Source: Flavobacteriaceae bacterium (GTDB lineage Bacteria > Bacteroidota > Bacteroidia > Flavobacteriales > Flavobacteriaceae). From it: DNA of 64,000 nucleotides. The DNA is taken from NCBI GenBank assembly GCA_002719315.1, contig PBHD01000005.1, positions 155,133-219,132 on the forward strand, read 5' to 3'. This document shows, piece by piece, positions 45,054 through 54,927 of the stretch. The notes beneath the pieces were generated by a model. That model was not told where the DNA came from, did no database searches, and was given only the letters and a program-made list of their open reading frames with translations. The position numbers and the translations under genes were made by a program. Numbering within the stretch: position 1 is the stretch's first letter; each line of letters opens with the position of its first letter.

Positions 45054-46220
45054 ATGAAGAAAAAAGATTTGATAGAGGTAAATTACTGTAGAGTTTGTAA
45101 TAGTAATAATATTAAAAAAGATGTTTTTAAAAAAAATTTTTATTTATCGAATTTTAATTTGAGACTCGAAATAGATTATGCTATTTGTATTGAATGTCAG
45201 TATATTTTTCAATACCATTATGTAGGGGATGATTTTTTAAATAATTATTATAAAAATAGTCCAATGTATAGAAATCCTGAAGCTACAATTTATGATCATG
45301 AAAGTATAAAGAGACAATTAGAGTTTATAGATAGAAACATTGATTTAAAAAAAATTTCTAGCTGTTTAGAAATAGGAGCTCATACAGGACATTTTTTAAA
45401 TGATTTAAAAAAACATAGTAATTGTAAAATTTATTATGATGAGTTAAGCGCAGAAGCATTAAATATTTTAAAATCCTTTCAAGATTTTCATGATTTTAGA
45501 GTAAATAATGTAAAAGTAGATTTGGTTGTTTTAAGACACGTATTAGAACATATTCACGATTTAAATTCATTTTTAGAATATGTTAATAATTCTTTAAATG
45601 AAAAAGGAATAATTTTTATTGAAGTTCCTGATTGGAGTATTTTGGATAATTCTACTGATAGTTTTTTGTTTGAACATCTTTCTCAATTTAATGATAAATG
45701 TTTAATTGATTTATTCAGAAGAAAAAATTTTAGATGTCTAGCTATAGAAAGATCTATTAATAAGGATGACCCATCAACTCCTAACAGAGTTATGCGTTTA
45801 ATTTTTAAAAGAATTCATGCTCCTGAGTATGGTAATAAAGATTTTGTAAATTACTTTAATTCATATCGAACTAATAAACATGAATTTGGAAATATAAGTA
45901 TTAATAATATATATTCTAAAATTGAAAAGAATAAAACTGTTGCATTTTTTCCTGCAAGTAACCTTTCTTTTTCAGCTGTTTTGGAAACTGAAATTGAAAA
46001 GATTAATTTGATAGGATATTTTGATTCTGATAAAAAAAAGCAAGGAAAGACTTTTTTAGGGTATAAAGTATTTTCGACCTCAGAATTAAAAAAAATTAAT
46101 CCAGAAGTTGTATTTATTTTTACAGAAGCATTTGAACCTGAGATTAGAGATTTGTTTAAAAAACTTGAGTTTTTTCCAAAAATTTATAGTTATTCTAAAA
46201 TTTTAAATAAAACTAAATGA
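45054..46220 (+). CDS. Class I SAM-dependent methyltransferase with an N-terminal Zn-ribbon-like Cys pairs and a C-terminal Rossmann-like extension
   Basis: CRVCNS...CIECQ, then motif I LEIGAHTGHF and LRHVLEHI. Confidence 0.65.
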   Translation: MKKKDLIEVNYCRVCNSNNIKKDVFKKNFYLSNFNLRLEIDYAICIECQYIFQYHYVGDDFLNNYYKNSPMYRNPEATIYDHESIKRQLEFIDRNIDLKKISSCLEIGAHTGHFLNDLKKHSNCKIYYDELSAEALNILKSFQDFHDFRVNNVKVDLVVLRHVLEHIHDLNSFLEYVNNSLNEKGIIFIEVPDWSILDNSTDSFLFEHLSQFNDKCLIDLFRRKNFRCLAIERSINKDDPSTPNRVMRLIFKRIHAPEYGNKDFVNYFNSYRTNKHEFGNISINNIYSKIEKNKTVAFFPASNLSFSAVLETEIEKINLIGYFDSDKKKQGKTFLGYKVFSTSELKKINPEVVFIFTEAFEPEIRDLFKKLEFFPKIYSYSKILNKTK

Positions 46221-46930
46221 AAGAAAAAAGAATTAAATCAATTGCCATTATTATTGCAAGGGGAGGCAGTAAAAGAATTTTTAGAAAAAACATAAAATTA
46301 TTTTTAGGAAAACCAATAATCTCTTATTCAATATCTGCTGCTTTGAATTCTAAAATTTTTGACGAAATTATGGTGTCTACTGACGATAACGAAATTGCGC
46401 AAATATCAAAAGAAAATGGCGCAAAAATTCCATTCATGCGTTCTTCAAAAAATTCAACTGATCTATCTACAACTGCAGATGTTATTACAGAGGTTTTAGA
46501 CTCATATAAAAAAATAGGGATTACACCCATTTATGCTTGTTGTATTTATCCTACAGCTCCATTTTTAGATCAATCAATTTTAATAAAAGCATATAAGCTT
46601 ATTGTAAAAAATAAATCTAAATCAGTGATTCCAGTTGTAAAATATAGTTACCCAATTTTAAGGTCATTAATTATTAAAAAGAACAAATTAGAAATGAAAT
46701 GGCCAAAAAATATGGATGTGCGAAGTCAAGATTTTCCAGAATTTTACCATGACGCAGGCCAATTCTACTTTTTGAACGTAAAAAACTTTTTAAAGGACCC
46801 TGTTCTTTTTTCAAATTTTACAATTCCAATAAAGATTCCCTCAATTTTAGTCCAAGATATAGATAACATAGAGGATTGGGATATAGCGGAGTTTAAATAT
46901 AAATTTTTAAAGGAAAAAAATATTATCTAA
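46217..46930 (+). CDS. pseF: Nonulosonic acid cytidylyltransferase (PseF/NeuA family)
   Basis: IIIARGGSKRIFRKNIKLFLGKPIISYSI, VSTDD, IYPTAPF and RSQDFPEFYHDAGQFYF. The 237-aa length fits PseF-type enzymes. Confidence 0.7.
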   Translation: MKEKRIKSIAIIIARGGSKRIFRKNIKLFLGKPIISYSISAALNSKIFDEIMVSTDDNEIAQISKENGAKIPFMRSSKNSTDLSTTADVITEVLDSYKKIGITPIYACCIYPTAPFLDQSILIKAYKLIVKNKSKSVIPVVKYSYPILRSLIIKKNKLEMKWPKNMDVRSQDFPEFYHDAGQFYFLNVKNFLKDPVLFSNFTIPIKIPSILVQDIDNIEDWDIAEFKYKFLKEKNII

Positions 46931-46965
46931 ATTTTTTTTAAGTTTTTTTTAATTTTTATTATAAT

Positions 46966-46987
46966 TTAAGTACTTTTGTTACTTGAT
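46966..46987 (+). promoter_or_regulatory. Island motif copy 2 (contains a -7 box)
   Basis: TTAAGTACTTTTGTTACTTGAT, with TACTTTTG at 46971-46978. It lies in the 78-nt gap after the cytidylyltransferase gene. Confidence 0.6.
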
Positions 46988-47008
46988 TTTATATATCAAA
47001 TAAAACTT

Positions 47009-47890
47009 TTGAAAAAATTAATCATTATTGGAGCTTCAGGACTTTTAGGTTCAAATTGGGCAAAGTATGCACTTGGTAAGTATAATGTTTATTTGGGTTT
47101 AAATAAACGTAAAATTTCAATTGATGGAACTAAATCAATTTTTTTGAATATTTTTAATGAAGATGAACTAAAAAAAAAATTAGAGAAAATTAATCCAAGT
47201 ATAGTTATAAATTGTTCAGGATTAACGAACGTTGAATTATGTGAAAAAAACGAGAAAGAAGCTTATAAATTAAATTCATTAATCCCTGGTGTTTTATCAA
47301 AAATATGTAATGATTTGAACTATAAATTCATACAAATATCTACTGATCATATTTTTTGTGGAACAAAAAAATATAGAAAAGAAACGGAATTCCCTGAACC
47401 AAAAAATATTTATGCAAAGTCTAAGTTATTAGGAGAACAAAAAGCCCTTGAAAACAACAAAAACAGTTTAGTTATTAGAACAAATTTTTATGGAAAAGGA
47501 CCTGCCTATAGACCATCATTTTCTGATTTTATTGTAAATAATTTAATTAACGGTCATCAAATTAATCTGTTTAACGATATGTTTTATACACCAATTCACA
47601 TAAATGAACTTTTAAATAATGTCCATAGTTTATTAAATATTAATTCATCTGGAATTTTTAATGTTGTTTCAGATCATAGAATATCTAAATATGATTTTGG
47701 TATATTAATAGCCAAAAAACTTAATCTTGATGTTGATCTTATAAAAATGGCAAAACTCAGCGAAAGAAAAGATCTAACCGTTCGACCTTTTGATTTAAGT
47801 TTATCAAATGAAAAACTAAAGAAACATTTAAATTTAAGTCTTATTTCATTGCACAATGATATAGAGTTATTAAATAAATTGAAAATATGA
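47009..47890 (+). CDS. RmlD-type sugar-nucleotide 4-reductase (dTDP-4-dehydrorhamnose reductase family)
   Basis: Segments IIIGASGLLGS, STDHIFCG, YAKSKLLGE and IRTNFYG. Start moved from the TTG at 46976, which lies inside the motif, to the in-frame TTG at 47009 (no ATG is available). Confidence 0.7.
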   Translation: MKKLIIIGASGLLGSNWAKYALGKYNVYLGLNKRKISIDGTKSIFLNIFNEDELKKKLEKINPSIVINCSGLTNVELCEKNEKEAYKLNSLIPGVLSKICNDLNYKFIQISTDHIFCGTKKYRKETEFPEPKNIYAKSKLLGEQKALENNKNSLVIRTNFYGKGPAYRPSFSDFIVNNLINGHQINLFNDMFYTPIHINELLNNVHSLLNINSSGIFNVVSDHRISKYDFGILIAKKLNLDVDLIKMAKLSERKDLTVRPFDLSLSNEKLKKHLNLSLISLHNDIELLNKLKI

Positions 47891-49056
47891 TACCTTACGG
47901 TAAACAAAATATTAATCAAAAAGATATTGACTCTGTCATAGAAGTTATGAGTTCAGATTTTCTTACGCAAGGGCCAATAACACCTTTGTTTGAGGAAAAG
48001 TTACAAAAATACTGTGAAGTAAAGTATGCTGTTGCTACTATTAATGCTACTAGTGCTCTTCACCTTTCTTGTTTAGCAATAGGAATTAAAAAGGGAGATT
48101 TTGTTTGGACTTCGCCTATTACTTTTGTTGCATCTGCGAATTGCATCAAATATTGCGGTGGAAATTTAGATTTAGTAGATATTGATCCTTTAACATATAA
48201 TATTTCTATTGAATCCTTGAAATCAAAATTAGTTGAGGCAAAAACAAAGAATAGATTACCTAAAGCAATTATTACTGTTCATTTATCAGGACAATCTTGT
48301 GATATGGAAAAAATTAAAAATTTATCAAAAGAATATGGTTTTAAAATAATTGAAGATGCATCGCATGCTTTAGGAGCAAAATATAAAGACAAACCTGTAG
48401 GTTCCTGTTTCTATAGTGATATCGTTGTTTTTAGTTTTCATCCTGTAAAAATGATAACTACATGTGAAGGTGGAGCTTGTCTTACTAATGACAAAAATTT
48501 ATATGAAAGAATTTATAATTTAAGAAGCCATGGAATAGTTAGAAATAAAAAAGATATGGTAAATAAAAATTCTGGATCATGGTATTATGAACAAAAATTT
48601 TTAGGGTTTAATTATAGATTAAATGATCTTCAATCAGCATTGGGAATAAATCAAATTAAGAGATTAGATTTGTTTATAAAAAAAAGATATGAAATTGTTA
48701 ATTATTATAATCAATTATTTGAAAATAATTCTAATATTATAAGACCTTTTCAATTAGAGGATAGTTTTTCTTCATTTCATTTATACATAATTAAGGTATC
48801 AAATAAAGAAGATTTTAACAGAGACAAAATTTTTGAAAGCTTAAGAAATAATGGATATTATGTTAATGTTCACTATATTCCAATTTATAGACATCCATTT
48901 TATTCCAATAATTTTAATTTAAAAGATTATCCCAATAGTGAAGAATACTATAGTAAAGCCATTAGCTTGCCTATATACCCATATTTAAATAAAAAACATA
49001 TTAGAAACGTTGTTGATATAATTAATAATAAAGTTAATTATCAAAATCTTTTTTAA
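47887..49056 (+). CDS. pseC: UDP-4-amino-4,6-dideoxy-N-acetyl-beta-L-altrosamine transaminase-like (PseC family)
   Basis: N-terminus IPYGKQNINQKDIDSVIEVMSSDFLTQGP, then DASHALGA and the Lys segment FSFHPVKMITTCEGG. ATGA overlap with the reductase gene. Confidence 0.75.
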   Translation: MIPYGKQNINQKDIDSVIEVMSSDFLTQGPITPLFEEKLQKYCEVKYAVATINATSALHLSCLAIGIKKGDFVWTSPITFVASANCIKYCGGNLDLVDIDPLTYNISIESLKSKLVEAKTKNRLPKAIITVHLSGQSCDMEKIKNLSKEYGFKIIEDASHALGAKYKDKPVGSCFYSDIVVFSFHPVKMITTCEGGACLTNDKNLYERIYNLRSHGIVRNKKDMVNKNSGSWYYEQKFLGFNYRLNDLQSALGINQIKRLDLFIKKRYEIVNYYNQLFENNSNIIRPFQLEDSFSSFHLYIIKVSNKEDFNRDKIFESLRNNGYYVNVHYIPIYRHPFYSNNFNLKDYPNSEEYYSKAISLPIYPYLNKKHIRNVVDIINNKVNYQNLF

Positions 49057-49086
49057 TTTTTAAAATTAATTAATAAATAAATTTTT

Positions 49087-49278
49087 ATGAATGATTTCGA
49101 AATAATTGATGAATTAGAAAAAGCAAGAGCAAAAAACAATATAAATTGGATGAATATTTTGCGCTTAGCTTTTAAAAACTCCCCTGAAGAAGCCAGAGAA
49201 ATAATCTTTAGGATAAACAAAAAAGATATTAAGATATCTAAAATATTAGAAAAATTATCGAAAAATAAAGGCGGGTAA
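49087..49278 (+). CDS. Small helical hypothetical protein (63 aa)
   Basis: Same strand as the operon and tightly spaced (stop 49278, next start 49283). I recognise no family. Confidence 0.4.
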   Translation: MNDFEIIDELEKARAKNNINWMNILRLAFKNSPEEAREIIFRINKKDIKISKILEKLSKNKGG

Positions 49279-49282
49279 TAAA

Positions 49283-50866
49283 ATGAAAACATATCAGAAA
49301 CATTTATCTAGTGTTGGGGAGATAAAGGAGATAAAAGATTTAAACAGAAAACAGGTTAATAGAACTTCATCTATATTCCCAGTTTTTCACTCTAAAAAAA
49401 TTAGTTCTAGAGTTCTTTTTATGAATTACTGGCTAATAAAAAGAGGAATTAAAGAAATGGGTTTAACAATTACTTTGAGATATTTTGATGGAAAAATATT
49501 GATTAGGCAAAATAAAATTTTAACATCTGCAAAAGCTTTTGAAATTAAGTTAATTGATTTATTAAAAAAAGTTGAAATCGAAAATAATGATTTTGTTGGA
49601 TCTTTAGAAACTGAGTTTTTTTCAACAGTAGATTTGGTTTTTCCTTATCCAGCTGTAGTTATTAATTATTATAATGATTATGGATCAACTTTTGTTCATA
49701 CAGCTGGAAGAATTTATAATAATTTTGAAGATTTAATTGAAAATGATTCAATTTTAGTTAAAGAAAGTGGATTTGATATTTATTCTGAAGATCGATTTAA
49801 TCCATTTTTTTCTTTTACCAATGGATATAGTAATGAAAAATCAAATATTATTGAGGTTGAGCTTCTAAATGAGAATGGTTTAATTATTAAAGAGAAAATA
49901 GAATTAGGTAGTTTAAAACCATATGAAACTGTAGTTTTTTATTTTAAAGATTATTTTCCTTTAAAAAGACTTTTGAAAAATTCTATTGGGACCGTTAAAG
50001 TCAAGCATAATTTAAAAGGGTTTTTTCCCAGATTTATTTGCGGAAATATTTGTAAAGTAACGGGTCTTGTGTCTGTAACTCATAGCTATTATGATAACTC
50101 TAATCAATTAGGTTTAAATTCTTATATGAAAAATCATAATCCAAAAAAATTAATGGATTATTCAGTTTTTATTCCATTATTTGTTGAGAATAACTTTTAT
50201 ACAGAAATGAAAATTTATCCTATTAATTCTCCTTCAAATTATTCTCTAAATTTAACTTTTTACTCTATGAAGGGTAAATCTTTAGGGAAAAAAGAAAAAA
50301 TTATTTCTATTGATGAAAATCATAACACATACAATGAATTAAAATTTTTAGATATAGTTAATAAATTAGGAATAGATGCAAAAGATGTTAAAGGTGTTTT
50401 AATTGAACAAAATTTTAAAAATAAAAACAAGATACCTTCTAGGCTAAAATATGGTTTAAATATTGGTGAAAAAAAATCAAAATATGATTTGCCAACTAAT
50501 ATATGTTTTAACTCAGAACCTGTAAATCAATATGAAATAAATAAGAAAGGAACATTTAAATGGTTTCCATTAATTAATTCTTCAAAAAGCATAGCCGTTA
50601 TACATAATAGTTGTTTTATTAAAGATTATAGTAAAAGTGCTAATATTGAAATAAGTATTTATAAAGTTGATTCGGAAGATGTAATTATAAAAAACATTAA
50701 ACTTGAAGCATTTCAACAATATAGATTAATTATAGATTTTGAGATATCAACTTTTCTAAATAACAAATCAGGGTGGGTTATTCTAAAATCTGAAAATCCA
50801 TTTATTAGAGCATGGTATTTTGATTTTAATGAAAGTGGAATTATTGGTGGGGATCATTCCTTTTGA
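49283..50866 (+). CDS. Hypothetical protein, 527 aa, no recognisable family or TM segments
   Basis: Long uninterrupted ORF in operon context. No motif known to me. Confidence 0.6.
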   Translation: MKTYQKHLSSVGEIKEIKDLNRKQVNRTSSIFPVFHSKKISSRVLFMNYWLIKRGIKEMGLTITLRYFDGKILIRQNKILTSAKAFEIKLIDLLKKVEIENNDFVGSLETEFFSTVDLVFPYPAVVINYYNDYGSTFVHTAGRIYNNFEDLIENDSILVKESGFDIYSEDRFNPFFSFTNGYSNEKSNIIEVELLNENGLIIKEKIELGSLKPYETVVFYFKDYFPLKRLLKNSIGTVKVKHNLKGFFPRFICGNICKVTGLVSVTHSYYDNSNQLGLNSYMKNHNPKKLMDYSVFIPLFVENNFYTEMKIYPINSPSNYSLNLTFYSMKGKSLGKKEKIISIDENHNTYNELKFLDIVNKLGIDAKDVKGVLIEQNFKNKNKIPSRLKYGLNIGEKKSKYDLPTNICFNSEPVNQYEINKKGTFKWFPLINSSKSIAVIHNSCFIKDYSKSANIEISIYKVDSEDVIIKNIKLEAFQQYRLIIDFEISTFLNNKSGWVILKSENPFIRAWYFDFNESGIIGGDHSF

Positions 50867-50902
50867 AAAAAAATTATTTGACTATTTATTAGTTTTAGTA
50901 AT

Positions 50903-51865
50903 ATGATAAATATTGTGAAAGGTAAAGGCTTATTTATATTTAGTGATCCAGGAGGAGCAAAACCAGTTTTATCATTTATTTACAATAAAAAAATTAAAAA
51001 TTATAAAATTATTTCTGATAGAAAATATAATTTTTTTAATGATTTTAATTTAAAAGTTGAAAATTATAATATTAAATCAAATAACGAGCTTTTTAAAGCT
51101 TATAAACCTGATTATGTTTTTACTGGGACATCCTATACATCTAAGATTGAGTTAAAATTTATTTCAAAAGCAAAGGATTTAAACATCAAGACATATACTT
51201 TTATTGATCATTATTCGAGATATAAAGATAGATTTAAGTTTAATGGTGTGTATATATTTCCAGATGTTATTTTTTTAACTGATAATAAGGCAAAAAAAAT
51301 TGCTTACAAAGCAGGATTAAATCTATATTCCAAAATATTCATTTCAGGTAATTTTTTTCATGAATATTTAAATAAATGGAAACCAAAAATTTCAAAAAAA
51401 ATTTTTTTTTCTAGTTTTAAAATAAATAATAATCAAAAAATAATTTTATTTGCACCTGATCCTTTATCAAATATAGATGGAAAGAAAGTTTTATTATTTG
51501 ATGAGACAGATGTTTGGATTGATTTATCTAAAGCAATTAATAAGATTTCTTTGACATCTAATCCACTATTAATCATAAAGTTTCATCCTAATCAAAACAT
51601 TAATTATTTAAAAAGAATAGTTAAAGAGTTTCCAGTAAAAAAATATTTATTTGTTAATTCTACAAATACCAATGAATTAATTTACTATTCAAATATTGTA
51701 GTTGGAATTTATTCTAGCTTACTTATAGAAGCTGAAAAACTAAAAAAAAATATTTTAAGACATATACCAAATCCAAAAATTGACGATTATTTAGATCATT
51801 TAAAAAAAGGAAAAATCAGTAATACTGTCAATGAGCTAGCTAATAATTTAAAATTATTTATATGA
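50903..51865 (+). CDS. Hypothetical protein, possible GT-B-like transferase carrying an HP motif
   Basis: The order IILFAPDP ... IIKFHPNQ ... IVVGIYSSLLIEA resembles the C-terminal half of TagF/KpsS/sialyltransferase-type enzymes. The assignment is weak. Confidence 0.55.
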   Translation: MINIVKGKGLFIFSDPGGAKPVLSFIYNKKIKNYKIISDRKYNFFNDFNLKVENYNIKSNNELFKAYKPDYVFTGTSYTSKIELKFISKAKDLNIKTYTFIDHYSRYKDRFKFNGVYIFPDVIFLTDNKAKKIAYKAGLNLYSKIFISGNFFHEYLNKWKPKISKKIFFSSFKINNNQKIILFAPDPLSNIDGKKVLLFDETDVWIDLSKAINKISLTSNPLLIIKFHPNQNINYLKRIVKEFPVKKYLFVNSTNTNELIYYSNIVVGIYSSLLIEAEKLKKNILRHIPNPKIDDYLDHLKKGKISNTVNELANNLKLFI

Positions 51866-51895
51866 TTAATTTTTTGAACTATAAAACTTAACAAA

Positions 51896-53557
51896 ATGAT
51901 TAAACTATACATTAAGCTTTATTCTATTTGTTATGATTCATTAATTAGTTACAAAAAGGATATTAATAATCCTAAAAATTGGAATGAAAAAAGAAAAATT
52001 TACAACAAAAAAATTAATGAAAAAGTTTTTAAGTTCATAAAAGATAAAAAATTAAAACAAGAAAAGATATCTGATCAATTTATATTGGACATGATAAATT
52101 ACTATTTGTATCTGAACTTTAAAATTAGAAAAAGTTATTTGTTCAATAATAAATTTTTAATTTTTCCAAAATATACATTTATTATCATTTGTTTAATTAA
52201 TAATTTTTACATAGGTTTTAAAATTGTTTTAAGAAGGTTTCTAAATGTAGTTTTCACTAAAATTAATTTTAAGGAAATAGTAATAAATAAAAAAGCTGTT
52301 TTAGTAATAGGGTTTCCAAAAGATTCGTTTTCTAATAGTCTTCTAAAAACAAATTATAATTCATCTTTAATTGAATATTTGTTAAATAATAATATAATTG
52401 ATTTTAAAACAGATATTTTAAGTTATGACGAGTATACATTAAAGAAAATGGATTATGATAAGTTTTCAAAGAAAAAATTATACGGTAAACCTAAATATGA
52501 AAATATATTTAAAGCAAAAACTTATCAAAGACATATCTTAAAAAGAAAAAAAAGTATAAATTTTTCAAAAGGATTAATTAAGAAGTTTTATTTAAATTTT
52601 ATAAAACTTATAAAGCATTTTGGGTTTAAAGCAATTTCATTTTATTTATTTTATGTAAGTCAAAAATTAAGAGCTTATGAACTAAAGGAACTTTTTAATT
52701 TGATTAAAAGAAGATATGATTCTTTTAAGATTATTTTTATAAGTTCTTATGATTTAGGCTATTTAAAATATTCTAATAATAATTATTTAATTCATCATTA
52801 CAACTATAGCAGAAATAATATTTATCCATTTTCAAAAAAAACATTATTCAATGAGTTAAAAAAAACTCAAGATCTATCATTAAATAATGTTCTTGAGGAG
52901 GTTGAGTTAGACAACTTTACTTTATCATATCCAAACTCATTGGGGTTTTCTTACCATGCTTATTTTTATTCATTTTTAAGAAATATTATTAATAAAAATT
53001 TTGATATAAGTCTTCATAATAAAGTAAAAATTCCTCCAAAAAAGCAATTAAATTCTAATTTAAGTTATGCTTTTATTCAAAAAATTAAACTAGAGACTAA
53101 AACAAAAAATGCAATTGTTTTTGATGTTTTATCTGAAACAAGACTTGAAAATATATCAAGGAGAGGAATATATGGTATGTATTCTCAATTAAATGATTTT
53201 GCAGAGAATTACTTAAGTGAACTTCTTTCAATTTTAAATAGTAATGAAATAAATATTTTTTATAAAGGAAAATATCAATATAACGACGAAAGAAAAACAA
53301 TTATTGATAATGTGGCTTCAAGATTAAATATAAAATTTTATAAAATAAATGAATATTCTAAAATTAATTTATCTAATGGGGTGAAGTTTAATTACGCTAT
53401 AAGTCAGCCATTTACTTCCACTTTTTTTAACTTAGCTCCAATTACAAAACAGTCAATTTACTATGTGCCAAATGATTTTATAAAACTTTTTCCAAATGGA
53501 ATAAATGGAGTATGTTATGGTAGTAGAGAATTGTTAGAAAAAATTAAAATTTTATAA
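51896..53557 (+). CDS. Polysaccharide-locus protein carrying the PFTS motif, function unknown
   Basis: The C-terminal segment AISQPFTSTFFNL contains PFTS. I recall a family of unknown function from nonulosonic-acid loci that is named after this motif. Confidence 0.6.
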   Translation: MIKLYIKLYSICYDSLISYKKDINNPKNWNEKRKIYNKKINEKVFKFIKDKKLKQEKISDQFILDMINYYLYLNFKIRKSYLFNNKFLIFPKYTFIIICLINNFYIGFKIVLRRFLNVVFTKINFKEIVINKKAVLVIGFPKDSFSNSLLKTNYNSSLIEYLLNNNIIDFKTDILSYDEYTLKKMDYDKFSKKKLYGKPKYENIFKAKTYQRHILKRKKSINFSKGLIKKFYLNFIKLIKHFGFKAISFYLFYVSQKLRAYELKELFNLIKRRYDSFKIIFISSYDLGYLKYSNNNYLIHHYNYSRNNIYPFSKKTLFNELKKTQDLSLNNVLEEVELDNFTLSYPNSLGFSYHAYFYSFLRNIINKNFDISLHNKVKIPPKKQLNSNLSYAFIQKIKLETKTKNAIVFDVLSETRLENISRRGIYGMYSQLNDFAENYLSELLSILNSNEINIFYKGKYQYNDERKTIIDNVASRLNIKFYKINEYSKINLSNGVKFNYAISQPFTSTFFNLAPITKQSIYYVPNDFIKLFPNGINGVCYGSRELLEKIKIL

Positions 53558-53652
53558 TATAAACTGATAATTATTTAAAATGAAAAATTTATTTCGAATT
53601 AGTTGCTATAATTTTTTTAGGTATTTTATATTCAATAACAGAAATTAACAAT

Positions 53653-54705
53653 ATGAACATAAATGATTTAAAAAAAACTTTTTCTAATAATTCAAGGTTG
53701 AACAAAAAATTTGAATTTAAGGATATAGATAGTAAACATAAGAATATTATTAAAAATTCAAAAACTAATTTAGAAAATTTGAATTCTTCAAATTTTAGAA
53801 ATTGGGGCAGTCAAAATGATATGGGGTTAAAATATTCTATGACGTTTTTATCAAAAAATTTTTTAGAATTAAATAAAATCAGGCTTTTAAACAATTTTTT
53901 TAATTTTTTTAAAAAAAGACTGAATCATATTTTTGAGTATTCTTCAATGTTAGATGATATAGAAATATTAAAATTATTAGATGGTGAAAGTTTAATTAAA
54001 GAGAATCCTCAAAACAAAACTCCTGGATCAATTAATTATCCGCTTGTAAATGGTTACTCAGTTTCAATTAGATGGCTAAGGTATTTATATATACTAAATC
54101 AAATTATTAGATTTAATTTGATAAATAAAAATGATATTTGGCTAGATATAGGATCTTATTATGGCGGATTGCAAGGTTTAGTAAAAAAATATTTTCCTAA
54201 AACTAAAATAATTATGTTGGATTTTAGCCATCAATTACTTAGGAGTTTTATTTATTTAAAAAAATTATATCCAAATGCTAATCATATTTTTCCCAATCAA
54301 TCACAAAAAATCAAGGATATAAAAAATATTCCTGACGGATCATTTGTTTATGTTGAGGTAGAGGATACAAATACTTTAAATAATTTTGATATTAAAATAG
54401 TTACAAACTTCTTTAGTTTGGGAGAAATGAAAAAAAAATCATTTGATAATTATTTAAATTCTGAATTTATGAAAAATGCTAAAACTATATATTTTGCCAA
54501 TAGATTTAATAGTAGTCCATTTTTTGAAAAAACATATGATGACTCAATAAATATATTTGATTATAAGCTCAATAAAGAAATTTTTTATTTTGATATTTTT
54601 CCAATGGGTCATTACCAAATAACAAATAGAAAAATTTTAAACAGGACTTTTTTTAGAAACATTTCTAGTCAGTATTTTGAAATAATTTGGAAAGAAAAAA
54701 TTTAG
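53653..54705 (+). CDS. Putative sugar O-methyltransferase (class I SAM fold)
   Basis: Motif I-like WLDIGSYYGGLQGLV, then IIMLDFS. Confidence 0.55.
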   Translation: MNINDLKKTFSNNSRLNKKFEFKDIDSKHKNIIKNSKTNLENLNSSNFRNWGSQNDMGLKYSMTFLSKNFLELNKIRLLNNFFNFFKKRLNHIFEYSSMLDDIEILKLLDGESLIKENPQNKTPGSINYPLVNGYSVSIRWLRYLYILNQIIRFNLINKNDIWLDIGSYYGGLQGLVKKYFPKTKIIMLDFSHQLLRSFIYLKKLYPNANHIFPNQSQKIKDIKNIPDGSFVYVEVEDTNTLNNFDIKIVTNFFSLGEMKKKSFDNYLNSEFMKNAKTIYFANRFNSSPFFEKTYDDSINIFDYKLNKEIFYFDIFPMGHYQITNRKILNRTFFRNISSQYFEIIWKEKI

Positions 54706-54927
54706 TTTTAAAAGAAAATAAAAAAATGAATTCTATTAACTGAAATATTAATTAATTGTTTAAAGATTATATAAATAAATATATGAGTTGTTTTTTGGAA
54801 ATTAAAATTATTGTTAATTAAGAATTCCTTCATTAAATAAATGAAAGATCAATATAATCTTAATAGAATTTAATAAATTGAAAATATATATTTTAGAAAA
54901 AAGTTTTAACAATTTAATCATTAGTTT

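Noticed and set aside
49053-49292. A 79-aa ORF on the - strand between pseC and the 527-aa ORF.
   Set aside because: It competes with the 63-aa + strand ORF (49087-49278), which fits the operon orientation and spacing. The - strand product is a hydrophobic, low-complexity translation. Neither ORF is strongly supported.
54706-54927. A hidden gene or structured RNA in the 222-nt AT-rich gap upstream of kdsA-like.
   Set aside because: It holds only very short ORFs (e.g. ATGAATTCTATTAACTGA) and weak short stems (TTCATT-N6-AATGAA). Nothing resembles a riboswitch or sRNA that I can recognise. It is most simply an internal promoter region.
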